Source: Mobula hypostoma (Eukaryota). Taken from it: 64,000 nucleotides of DNA. The DNA is taken from contig NC_086097.1 of assembly GCF_963921235.1 (NCBI RefSeq), positions 210,306,001-210,370,000 of the forward strand, in the 5' to 3' direction. Below, one piece after another: positions 37,513 through 49,785 of the stretch; the first letter of the stretch is position 1, and each line of letters opens with the position of its first letter. Made by a program: the position numbers and the translations under genes. The notes under the pieces are model-generated. The model ran no database searches. It saw nothing but the letters and a program-made list of their open reading frames with translations, and was not told the DNA's origin.

Positions 37513-40500
37513 CAACAGACACTTGCTATCCCTTTCAAAACATTTTTGTAGACAACCATACATATTTAGCACTTTAAAAAACAGCCCATTAACTCTTTCC
37601 ATCATTCTGATTAAAATTGTTATTTCCACTAATTGGTCTTCTAAAGGCTGTTGCTTTATTATCATACTGAATTTTATGCTGTTTATATCCTCACTTTCAA
37701 TATCCAAAATAGTCACCTTGAAAATACAAATCATTCTTCCCAACCCACATTAGAACTGTGGGAATGCCACTGCACACATCCCAACACTTACTCAATTGGA
37801 CCAAATATGTTTATATTGATGTTGCTTACCTCAAGGGCATCCCTGAATATTCTCAATTAAAATGGGTAAATGTTTATCGCAAACCTGCAGTAGCCATGTT
37901 GTTGCCATGTTGTTAACAAGCCTATTAGTGGCCACTTCAAATCGGACTGTTTTATAACTCAATATTGTGAACTTGATATTGATATTGAAGCCTGTGAGAT
38001 TATTATAGTGTAGAATTTGAGAGCTGGGGAAGTTGCCAGTTTCTCTCTTTTTTTTTAAAAAAAAGTAGATTTAGAGCCAACTGAACAAGTTGAATTTTCA
38101 AAGTATGGAGAGTCAGACATTACTTTTACAATTTTATCCCATTCTACATGCTCTAGTTGTTCTCCATCACATTGGGGTGATCTTGCTGAAATCTGAATTC
38201 AAGCTGTAGACATTCCTCTCTAAATGTATAGTCTCCAGGACAACTGTATCAGCATTTCAACATGTATTTGTCTAATAATTCAAATATTGCATTGACCTTT
38301 GGATACCAGAGACAGATCCCTAAAAGAGACAGGAATTTTTGCACAAATCCTGTTCTTAGGGAACTGCCATCTTTAATGGGTGGCAAAGACATGAAAATGG
38401 AACCACTATCACTAATTGATACTGCATCATTTAAAGTACTTAAATGATTCATAGTTGGATCATGGCTCAGACAATCTGTCACCCTTGAAGGAAATCTATA
38501 GGATAGATTCTCTACATTTAGGCTTTCTGTGGAGTAGATGCAATTGACAAAATCTGGTAAATACTATGGATAGGGAAAATTAAGTGCCATGTTCTTTAAA
38601 AAAAAAAGACAGTCAGGTAACGCCATCAATAAATTAAACTATTATGTTACAATAGATGTGGGACAAATGGATAACTGGCTCAAACGTAGAGAAACTCAAT
38701 ACATTTTGAAATAAAGCCAAGTAAGTGTAAAGAAAGCAATACAGGTCAAGTATCTAAAAACATCATTAATGAAAATACAGCAATCTTCATTAAAATCATG
38801 ACAGTTTAAAACAGGTAAAGGGAATTTAGCAAAGGAGATGATTAACATACCATATTAAATACTTTGCTAGCTATATAAAGACAACATTTAAAATTAAAAG
38901 AGCAAGCTAAAGATTAATTAATTTAGAATTGATTACATCATGGACAAGTTAGTGGCAGCTAATTTTACATTCACTAAAATGTTATAAACTGCTCTACAGA
39001 AACTGTTCTAGTCCTCATACATTTTGGTACTATGCATTTGGTAAGTTTGAGTTAGCATCTGAACCATTGCCTGCTACAAGACAGGCTGCAAGTTACAAGA
39101 ATTGAATATTCTGGAAAAAACGAGAATAACATGTTATTTGGGATAATGTGTTTTATTGAAAATGTGCATAAAACAACTTGTCTTCAAATAGCATTCTAAA
39201 TGAATTTTAGTATCCAATCATAATTCTACAAGTCAGACATCAAAACTATATAAAAACACTTGCAAGAAACAATTTAATGTTAAATTTGAATAAGAACATG
39301 CCTCCTAGTTTTATCTCAAAGAATGGAAAATGAGGTAATGTATACATTTCTGCAAAATCCAGAATTTACTATGTGGATTCAGAAATGCAGGAGTACTGTC
39401 CATTGAAGAGGGCAATTTATATTCTCAACATAAAATTCTATGCAAGTCATTAGCCTGTAGAACACCAGCTCCATGAGGATTCTGGAATACAAGTTGAGTG
39501 AATATTGTCATCAGCATATGAATATTTTAAAGCACTATTTTAAAGTCAATTAGATTCTTTGAAGCTAATATCACAAAAATGAACTTTTCTAAGATAAATG
39601 TTTATAGCAAACACACCATTAACTTTAAATTATGACTAGAGAAAACAAACCAAATATATTAAACAGGTAATCTGCTTGAAGTGAATTTTGAAAGGTAAGT
39701 CACATACTAAAAATTTAAAAATAAATTTAAGGCAAAGTCAATACTTGAATGGTGCAGAATAGCTTAGCAGTCAAGTATTCAGAAGTAGTATTAACTTTGA
39801 AAATAACAAATGACATCATAGAAACTCATTCTAGTGGTCGATAGTGCTTATGTTTCACACAAATCTTCCCCCACATGACTTCATTGATTCATTAGTTACT
39901 TTGATGTTCTGTCTCCTTTCTTCCTCCCCCCCCCAACTGAAACATATGTATAGCAGGTAGTATTGCCTATTTTATGAATACATCCCCTGATTTTGGTCTT
40001 CCAAAAAGCAGAACACACCTAGATTATCAAAAACTTTCATTACATCACATACTCAGCTTTCTCTTCTAGAGAAGAAACCTTCAGCTTCTGTTTCCATCCC
40101 ACCCAAATAGTTCAAGATTCACTTTTCAAAAATTTGAACTTCTGGGAATATTCTGAGCTCTTCTGAAATCCCTCAGAATCCACAAGTATAGAGACCAAAT
40201 TTAGTATAGCAGCCCCCAAATGTCATCTAGCCTAACTCAAGGTTTTTTTAAAAAAAAAAATTAAGTTTATCCCACCAATATTAAAACATACATTTGACCC
40301 CTTTAGCCCATGTTGTTAAATTTTACTAATTTGTTTTGTACTTTCCTGTGATCTATTTAGACATTAAATGTGTGGTATTTATTGGTCAGCAATAGACCGA
40401 AGAACACCAAGTCACTGCCCCAAACTAGGATAGATAATTTAAGGCATTTCTCTGCTGCTTTTAAAAAAAACATTTGTTCACATAATAAAGCCTGGTCTTA

Positions 40501-43500
40501 ATTTTTTGCACAGCTTTTATAATTGTACTGATAATACTGCATCAGAACATCTGCCATAATTTACCCCACACACTTGAAGTCTATATCCTAACTGGTTACA
40601 CAAAGTCACCTCATACACACTGAAGTTTTACCGCACACATCCATATTCTTAAGATCTTTCACCACCTACAGCAATAGCTCAAGTTTAGACCAATACACTT
40701 TAGTAATTTTTTCATACTGAGATTAAGAAATGCCTTTGGTAAGGCATTACAAAATGTTATTGGTTTTAATAAATCTGAACATCAGAAACAAGTTTCTGGT
40801 TCATTAGCAATTTATTGCCATGGAACATAAAAATAAAAAAGCTTTAAAAGGACTTGACTTTACAAACTTATTTCAGATTTAAACTCAGTTATTGAAAAGG
40901 GAAAAAAAAACTGGGAAAGCACTGATAAAAATATTATAAACAAATCTTGTTCATTTCTGTACAACCATTTTACATGTTACCATGCCACTTAACTTGAACT
41001 TCATTTAAGAGGCAAATAATTTGTCAAAGCGGATACTTTCAAATCCTAATTGCAAATACAGATTTTAGCACCTTAAGTTGCTCAGTTCTACAAGGATGTT
41101 AGAGCTGTAACAAAAACACAGCACATTAAAAACAAAACATATGCTACATTGGTCATTTGTGCTCTGAAAATAAAATCTTAATGATTTCAGTTGTCACTTT
41201 TAAAGAAAGCAGTGTTAGAAGAAATGGATTCTTAATTAGTTAGCCACACTTTGCTGAAAGTTAGTTAAATTGTTACTTTTGTTCCATCCAAAATGTATTC
41301 CTTCACTTGAAATACCATCTGATATTTCAAGATGTATTTCTGAAAATATTGGTTTACAATTATGGCACAAAAATTGTTAAAAATAATGAACCATACATGT
41401 CAAATTTGATTAAACGATCAAGTAGTAAAAAGAGCAAAAGGTACTCCACCTCAGCTCTCAATACACTTTGAGGAATCATACAGTGGTAGTTGCTAAATGC
41501 ATTCCAACATAGTTGATAAGTACAGTGCTTTAATGAGCTTCATTTTTTTATTTATAGGTAAATTTGAAATTATGCACTGAAACTTTACAATCTATGTTCT
41601 ATTAACTTAGTAAATTACAAGATACATTTGTAGCAAAATTCTGGATTAGTAATAGTTACCATGTAGGAACACTACACTTTGATGCCAATGATTTTGATCA
41701 ATTAATGGATCACTTTCAATAATTTTGATAAAAATGTACAAATATACAAACTGATTATAGGTGCAACTATAGTTTAACTAGTTCCTTAAACCTTGCACAG
41801 TAAAGCACTATTTTGGGAATCAAAAAACTCTCAAAATTAAACAAGGAAATTTAATCATTAGTTATTAATGCTTTTGCTGGTTTTTGAACCAATGACCTTG
41901 TTAACAAATGTTACCATTCAAACAAATCTTTCAGAAGGAGTTTTAACACAAATTCTTATTCTAACTAAAATCAAACTAAAGGCCTAATTATTTGAAAAAA
42001 TTGCACAATGGACTCTATTCCTTTTACTCCAGAGAACATCCTAAAGTTGCCAGTACATTTAAACCACAAATATTTTCATGAAAAATTGATGTAAATGAAG
42101 GATTACAGTTACATTGATTTGAAAATACATTGGAAAAACACCCTCAACTATATACTAGCAGCAAAATGCAATGTAACCAAAATATTCATAAGATCCAAAG
42201 AGCTGTTAGATTGAGGGTGTACAGCAGACTTGTATCATTCTATTCAATAACATGTTCTTAACATTGTTAAATGTTTAATTCACCTCATCCTTGAAATTAA
42301 TTACAACTAAAAATTATTAAATAGCAAACATTTCATGTTCTTAGAATCCTAATGACCAGATCCATTGATCTACATTTGAAAGCACTTTTTCATTGTCAGA
42401 TCAATAAGTGAATTTTATTAAATAACATTTACTTTAAAAATGACATTTGTATGTAAATCTTAAATATACAAAGTTATTGGAATAAATCAATTTGAATTCT
42501 GGCAAAGTATTTTAAAAGTGATTCTGCAAAGGTAGCAATACACTCCAAAATTAAATGCATTCTTAATATTTTCATTTAGAAGGTCAACTCTATACAAGTT
42601 ACTCCAGGTGTCAAAACATGGCAGAATACAAACAAATATTTCCAGCATAGTCTGGAATGAGAATACATTCTGCTGTTTTAAACAAAGCAAGCATTGTCTT
42701 ATAATACTTTCCAAATTGCACCTTTTAATTTTTAAAATGGAACCTCATCCTTTATTTTCTCTAGTTTAAAAAGAAAACACCAGAAATTGCAAGCAAATCA
42801 GCTTCTGCAAATATTAAAATTGACCATTATGAAAGCATGTTAATGTTTATTAGTTTCTGATTGTAAAGTTTAAGAACTGCCAAAACAAAAATTGCACTTT
42901 CAAAACCCAAAAAGAACTTTTAAACAAACAATTAAATTCTCATCACCAATCTATTGCCACCAATTACAGATTAGCAGTGTTATGTTTTGTTGTGGCTTTT
43001 CTTGCTCAATTTAAATGGCATACTCAGAAGTGTCACCCTAATTTGTTGAAAAAAAGACAGAAAAAAAATCTGACATTGAAACAACCTGAACAATGCTTAC
43101 ATGGAATTTAAAACAATTTAGTTTTAAATATAGTTATTCCAATAGAATGACAATAAATCGATCTTATTGATAGATTTCACAGGTTCTTTTACCTTTATTA
43201 ATCTTGCTAATCAGTACACAAAGTAGAGTTTTTGGAGTTTAGTACCACAAAATATATGCATTCAAACAGTAGCCTATCATAACAGGTTTGATGCATTTGC
43301 AGCATGAACTTAGTGCAGTGTTCTTACAGTGCAGTTAATCTCTAGACAATTGAACACCTTCACTGGCTTTCAGAAACCAAAGCATTATTTTATAAACACT
43401 ATTTATACATACATACATCTAAATTGTAGATTAAATTGTGTACACTCCACATTCTGATAATAATCACAGCTGAATGACTACCCGCTGTGAAATGAATAGA

Positions 43501-46500
43501 AAATACTGTATTGAATTCCTGAGATTGAAGTGATTCCTAAATATCATTGCTCGTAAATTTCTTTGCTCTCACTTTTACAAACATGTTTTGACAATTCCCA
43601 TGTTGGAGTAAAGTTTACAAACTATTATATCCAAGATTGTTTCAATGTCAGAACATCAAAACAAACAGGCACAAAATTTGAAGTCCATGTGAACCAGTTA
43701 CAAAATGACAGGATTATGAACCCAGGTTTTGTACATTAGAGGTGAAATTAGCACCAATAAAAACCTTAGACAATTAAAAAGTTTTCCCAAATACATTCAG
43801 GATTTAAATGACTTTGAGACTACAAAGTGCTTCCAGATCTGATACAATTACGTTTTATTAAAATAAAAATACACCTAGTTAATAATTCAATGGAATTTAA
43901 ACTACAGTCTGCTTTATAAAGGAGTTTAAAAGTCACTACTCAAATGTAAAATGATTCCAATTCAGAAACTTATGAACTTACCAAAACCTTAACACCCAAA
44001 TGCTCCAAGTCAAATAGAACAATTAGCTGTTGAAGTATTGAATTCAAAGATATGTTTTCCAGGAGAGAGAAGCTTTGCAATTAATTGTGAATTGACAGAC
44101 ACAAAAAAAAATCAATTATTTTAAGCTACAGTTCCTTTCTCGTTATAAACTTACCAGATGGTTGCTGCTTCATTATGAATCAGTTATTACAGAATAAAAT
44201 GTACTAAACCTAGAATATTGACCCAACCGTTACCTGGCTCAGTTATGCAAACATTTAACAAAAGCTAGCACAATCTGAAACCAGAATAATTTATATTAAA
44301 TAGAATCAGTTAAATGCAGAATGTTTGATGCAACTTTTCTGAAGTCATTTGACCAAAAAAAAACTCAATTCCAGTATTTGTCTTCCATACAAGCCAAAAT
44401 ATTATTCCTCCACCACACACACCTCCTCCCCCCATGTGCTTATTAACTTCTAACCACACTGACGTGAACGACCAATTCTGTGTGGTCACACAATCCAGAT
44501 TCTCGTATGCTTGAATTCATGACTACAATCTCTTGTACAACTGGTAACATCTGCTTTGCAGTTAGTCCAGTCGGTCATTTTAAAGACCTGTCACCCTAAA
44601 TTAACTCGGAGCTGCTTGGTCTTTGATAGTTGTTCTTCCTTAGTTTGGGATCAACTTGATGAAACCTCTTGCACTCCTTCCTGTGCCTCCTCCATACTTA
44701 AAAGCATAGACGAGACACAACTGTGAACAGTGTCCAAGCTTGACCTAATCCAGTGTTCTAGACTTCTGCATTCTCCTGTTCTAGAAATATAATTAGTGTG
44801 TGCGTGTTTTTCAACACCGTTGTAGCTTTAGCTTTTAAAGTAGATTAATACATTCCTAGGAACACACCGTTTCAAATTTAGATTCGGATTTTTATTTCCC
44901 TAGTCTCCTTTCTTCCATCAAAATAGTAATTGTACACTTACATTGAAGTTAATTTGTAATTCCATACAATCTGCAATGATTAGGTCAGCTTCAATAAAAT
45001 TCAATCATGTAAAAGTACTATTTCAAATAGTCGTCATAAATGATGCGATGTATCGTACGTTTCACACTTCGGCAAACAATCGAATGATTCGAGTAAACTA
45101 CAGAGACAACTATTTATGCAATTAATATTTATTTTTGAAATTATCACCGTATAGCCCATCCTTCAGGTCATTATACCAATGGCTGCAGAAGCAGCAAGAG
45201 CAGAGGCTTTCCAATGGCGCTGACGTGCTCTACGTCCACAAGTAATTAGAATATTAATCACAATACAACGAGACAACAAATACAAGTGCTGTAGGTCTCG
45301 AGTTCGCAGATTTAAAAAAAATTGAATGAACCAGGTATCCGTCTTTTCGATTTCAAAATAGTTTTCATCAACTCACGTTGTCTTCTGCAAGAAGCAATCC
45401 CACCCCCGCTCCCCCCGCCTGAAACATGTCAGAAATGCAGTACTGCTTTACATGTGCAGAAAAACGCACAATTTGCGTCAGCCAATTCAAACCAAAAAGA
45501 AGGAAAGGCAATAATTTAACAGAAGCAAACATCAGTCCGTTTCTGGGCAGAGGAACCAATTAATCAGACCGACTTTAGAGTATTCATCAGTATGCAGTCG
45601 TAAAGATGTTAATTTGTGTTTAGCTTCGTTTCCACCTTCCCCCCCCCCCAACCCACCGTTCTTCATAACATTAAATCGTCCTGTGTGGAATTATTTTGTG
45701 TACTTCGCAAATTAAAATGCAAAAAATAGAAACAGCAATCGAAATTAATCTCCAATTATAAACACTTGTACCAAACTGAAATCCATATTATCAGTTTAAT
45801 CGAAAAATACATTGCTAAATAAGCCAATAGTGGTTCGAGTTAAGGTAGCTGTATGCATTTTGTTTTTGGGAAACATCACATTACACAAATCTTGTTTTAT
45901 TTACACAAAGTTTAAAGAGAAAAGTTACATTTCCATTATTCCCCGAAACTTGCCAGATTCGAAACGTCATTTAAAAATAAATGTTTTGTTTTAAGAAAGC
46001 GCCTCTTCCTAAAAACATCTTAACTAACATCGCTAAAACTCAAAATATTCAACTACAACCCTTTTCTTACCCTCCCCCTCAACACCTTAGTTGCATGTTT
46101 CAGCAAATCCTGCTCACTTCATCTCGATACTGCAATGAAAATTTAAATTAAGAAACTTTAAAACTTATGGATGCTATAAAAATGTTTGCAGTACAACATG
46201 TAGTTAACATTTTAATTGAAGCGCTAATTTATTTGTTATCGTTTATTCCAAAAGTCATATACGAAACAAAAACTGGGCGGGGGAGGGGGGGTGAGAAGAG
46301 AAAGGGAAGTTTGAAAAGTGCGCATTTTTTAAAAGTGAACTTTTTAATGAAAAGTTCATTAAAATTTCAATTCGTTTAAGTTGCGTTGCAGCTTTGACAG
46401 AAGCTTCAAGTTTTTCTTTCCCTCCGCAGAGCTGTCGCTGAACGTAGAACAACAAAAATTAAGATAAATTAAACTCTAGTCCCAGCCGAAGCCGGGCTGA

Positions 46501-46730
46501 GAGCGAATAAAGTGTTACAGGCAGCGAGGTTATCTCCCGGCAGTGGCGATGAGCTGGGATTAGTCGCACAAGTTGTTTCCTCTGTCTCTGCAGCCGTTGC
46601 CTCCGTCTCTCTCTCTCTGAGGTACAAACGGGGGCACAAACTTTCTCCCCTCTCACAACATGATTTAAATAACCCTGATAAACTATTTCAAAACGGGGAC
46701 AACACCTGGCAAAATTCAACTGAAACTTAC

Positions 46731-46871
46731 CGCGGGACACTCAACATCACTTTCCCGTATTTTTTCCGGCTTTAAACAATGTTACGAATTTTTAAAAATT
46801 TTTTTCTCATATTTTTGTTTCACCGCGGGCCTAAAAATTGTTTGCTTTAGCCTCCTTCCAGCGGCCATTGT
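46731..46871 (-). other. PLAG1: PLAG1 exon 1 (non-coding; 5' end approximate)
   Basis: ACAATGGCCGCTGGAAGGAGG...AAATATGAGAAAAAAATT...CCCGCG|GTAAGT with a consensus donor, in a CpG-enriched zone. It closely resembles human PLAG1 exon 1 as recalled. Confidence 0.85.
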
Positions 46872-47070
46872 ATACGCGCTGCGCTTCCACCTACCTTGAT
46901 GGCGGACATCCCGCCCCCTCACCCCTTTTTTATTGGATTATTAGGGATTAGGGGCGGGGCTCCCCTTGACATATGGCAAAGGACTCCATGCGTTAATGGT
47001 CTAATATCTCTGTCCATCAATGTCAGTCCAAGGTTTCCGCCATCACGTTTGGTTCTACACATGTTATAAT
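46872..47070. promoter_or_regulatory. PLAG1/CHCHD7 bidirectional promoter
   Basis: Local CpG enrichment; GC box GGGGCGGGG 46951-46959; ATTGG (CCAAT) 46932-46936; YY1-type TGATGGCGGA 46897-46906 and its exact reverse complement 47036-47045; CRE-like TGACGTC just downstream at 47084-47090. Divergent first exons flank it, and the head-to-head arrangement is known in mammals. Confidence 0.85.
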
Positions 47071-47117
47071 GCGCGGCCGCTTGTGACGTCGCTGGTTGAT
47101 GTGTACTGATGTTGGAG
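47070..47117 (+). other. CHCHD7: CHCHD7 non-coding exon 1 (5' end approximate)
   Basis: CpG-rich stretch ending in donor GAG|GTGAGG at 47117/47118, upstream of the CHCHD7 coding exons. Confidence 0.6.
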
Positions 47118-47672
47118 GTGAGGAGAGTGGGCAAGTGGTAGAGGGATGTTGAGGGACTAAGTGTGAGAGTGGGGATTAGAGGTTATCCAGGACAAAAGAC
47201 CAAAGCATATAGAGAATCGACGGAGAGAAGCAGAGGAAGGGAAGAGTAGGTGTAATGGGGGAGGGGTGTGTTGCAATGGGAGAAGAATACGGACGTACTG
47301 GAATATGAATGGAGGTATTGGAGCAATTAGGACCAAGAAGGCACTTGGGACGGGTCAGAATGTTGAGATTACGGGCGAGGGATGGGAGAGAGGGAATAAT
47401 AAAGGACCAAGAGGGTACGGGGGGGGGGATGGGAAATTATGGCAAGATAAGATCAACAAAACGAAAGAGAAAGCAATAGAAAGGAGCAGAGAAGAGAGAA
47501 GGCAGTTGGGGAATAAAAAGGACGGAGAGGAGGCGGGGGTCAATTGGAGAACAACAGAGCTGATATAGAGGAGAGGCAGATGGTAGAAAGGTGCTGAAGG
47601 AAGAGAGAGCTGAGATGAAAAGCCATAGCTGAGAGGGAGTAAGGGAGCAGTGCGAGAATGAACTGCCTAATG

Positions 47673-47885
47673 CACATAAAATGCTGGAGGAACTCAGCAG
47701 ACCAGGCAGCATCGATGGAAAAGAGTAAATACAGTAGCTGACGTTTTGGGCCGAGACCCTTCATCAGGACTGGGGAGGGTCTCGGCCTGAAACATCGACT
47801 GTTTATTCTTTTCCATACCCGAGTTCCCACAGCATTTTGTGTGTGTTACTTTGATTTCCAGCATCTACAGATTTTTTTCTTGTTT
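47673..47885. repeat. Penelope-derived hairpin element in CHCHD7 intron 1
   Basis: Inverted arms; GGGCCGAGACCCTTCATCAGG ... GGGTCTCGGCCTGAAAC. Confidence 0.75.
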
Positions 47886-48232
47886 GTGCTTAAACAACGT
47901 GCATAGTTTGCCAATGAAGGGGGAAGATAAGGGATGATTTAGGAGGGCAGGCAACATAAGGGGACAGTAGGGATGAAGGTAATTTGAGGTGAATGTAAGA
48001 TTAAATGAAGATCTAACTCCAGTAAGAAGAGTGACCAAAAAAGGTCAGTAAGAAAGACTACAGTGGAGATGAGAGTTAAAAGAGGAGGATATAGAAGGAG
48101 ATAAAGTGCATATAGAAACTGGGTAGAAAGAAGAAAAGAAAACTACTGTTCGAAAAGGAAGGAGCAAGATGGAATCACTAGAGAAGAAATTTGTGCGCTA
48201 CACCCAATCAATCAATTCTGTCTCATGCAGTT

Positions 48233-48417
48233 CACATAAAATGCTGGAGGAACTCAGCAGGTCAGGCAGCATCTATGGAGGGATCATTTGTGTCGAGACT
48301 CTTCGTAATGAAATGTGGACTGTTTATTCCCCTCCATAGATGCTGCCTGACTTGCTGTTCCTTCAGCATTTTGTGTCCATTGCTCCGCACTTATAGCATC
48401 TGCAGAATCTCTTGTGT
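48233..48417. repeat. Penelope-derived hairpin element (second copy in CHCHD7 intron 1)
   Basis: CAGGCAGCATCTATGGAGGG / CCCTCCATAGATGCTGCCTG inverted arms. Confidence 0.7.
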
Positions 48418-48862
48418 TTATAAATTCTGTCTCGTATCTTCCTGTAAGATATGAATACTGTCTCAATCTTCTTTCCTAGTGCTGGTAGGAAAAGGAATGT
48501 TGGAGGAAGATGGGATGAGAAAGAAAGGAAATGTGGGCTCAGTGAATTTGCGAGGTATAACGTAAATCTGTGGAGAGAGGTGATAAAGGAAAAGGATCCA
48601 TAAGATAAAGACACCAGAATTGAAAGTGGACGGAAAGTAAAACAGATTGAGAATGGAAATGTGTTTAGAGAGGAGAAATAAATTGTAAAGGTGAATGAAA
48701 CTGGGGAGTCTGGGGAAGAAATATTTTTCATAAAGTTTGCAGAATGATTCCTAAACCAATTTTCCACTTGAGAAGCACTAAGAAATTTCCACACTACTGG
48801 AAGATTGGTCATTTACACTGCACCTTCTATTGATGCAAGATACTTTTAAGATCTAGTTCAGA

Positions 48863-48916
48863 ATGCCTGGAAATGTGCGAAAGTTAAGAGATGAAGACAT
48901 AAATCCATGTATTGAG
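48863..48916 (+). CDS. CHCHD7: CHCHD7 coding exon 1 (MPGNVRKLRDEDINPCIE)
   Basis: Manual translation matches the CHCHD7 N-terminus (LRDxDINPC). Donor GAG|GTAGGA; likely acceptor TTTTAAG at 48850. Confidence 0.93.
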
Positions 48917-49001
48917 GTAGGAGAGTTACCAAATGCTAGCAATTATTTTATTGTACTAAATTTGTTAACAGATGTGACAGCTCTTCTACTTTTATTTAAA
49001 G

Positions 49002-49100
49002 GAAGGTGATGCCTCCAAGAAGTGCCTAGAAGCAAATAACTACAACAAAAACATGTGCAACTATTACTTTCTGAGATATAAGATGTGTAGGAAATTCTGG
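49002..49100 (+). CDS. CHCHD7: CHCHD7 coding exon 2 (EGDASKKCLEANNYNKNMCNYYFLRYKMCRKFW)
   Basis: Completes the twin CX9C motif (C16-C26, C37-C47). Acceptor TTTAAAG|, donor TGG|GTAAGT, phase 0. Confidence 0.95.
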
Positions 49101-49472
49101 GTAAGTTTAAGTGAAGATTTAACTCCCAAACAGGAGACCATGAACAACATCAGTCAATGTCAGTTGCAAATTTAGCTTGCCTTGGGATAATATTGCAACA
49201 GCCTTGATTTTATAATCAAGTTAACTATTCCACCGCTTGGAGGTTCTTCAAGTGCTTTCTTGTAACATTTCCTTTTTCAGGATTTTCCGCCGGAGATGAT
49301 GCAGGACTTGAAAAATATTTTCACTCTGTCCAATCCAGGAATTATGACTTTTGTAACTTTTACTACTATTTTCCAAAGCATATATGTTGCATATTTCTCT
49401 TAGTTTGTGGTATGTTTAATAAAGTTTTTGGAAATTATTATTTACATGGAACTTTTTGTCCCTTTTATGAAG

Positions 49473-49577
49473 AATAATGTAACAGTGCAAAGAAGGAGGA
49501 GTGGTGTTAAACCTGAAATGCCATCTGCCAAGGAAAGAAAAGAGATTTTAGAAGAATATCAAGAGAAGCCCTACTGA
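49473..49577 (+). CDS. CHCHD7: CHCHD7 coding exon 3 (NNVTVQRRRSGVKPEMPSAKERKEILEEYQEKPY*)
   Basis: Matches the CHCHD7 C-terminus pattern QRRxxGVKPxMPxAxERxEIL...PY. Total 18+33+34 = 85 aa. Confidence 0.93.
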   Translation, partial: NNVTVQRRRSGVKPEMPSAKERKEILEEYQEKPY

Positions 49578-49595
49578 TTATACTCTTGAAAAATC

Positions 49596-49785
49596 AATAA
49601 ATGTGAATTAAAAACCAGAGTATTATTGAAAATGTAATTTTATGTCTGAGTAAAGCTTTTACCTAATGAATATAAGTAGACCATCAAATATAATGCAATA
49701 AAACAACACAAGGGCTTGGTGTATATACATGCAGCTATCAGAACATAGATGCCTAAAGTCATTACTGTTAGCCATGTACAATAAA
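49596..49785 (+). terminator. Candidate CHCHD7 poly(A) signals
   Basis: AATAAA at 49596-49601, 49697-49702 and 49780-49785 downstream of the stop. Confidence 0.55.

Noticed and set aside
46459..46775. ORFs of 87-93 aa near the promoter
   Set aside because: By-products of the GC-rich exon 1/intron 1 boundary with non-ATG starts and no homology I recognise.
47130..47670. Purine-rich stretch with several ORF calls
   Set aside because: Low-complexity GA-rich intron sequence with no recognisable protein.
49290..49350. Possible intronic C/D snoRNA in CHCHD7 (ATGATG)
   Set aside because: Box C is imperfect, and there is no properly placed CTGA box D with a terminal stem.
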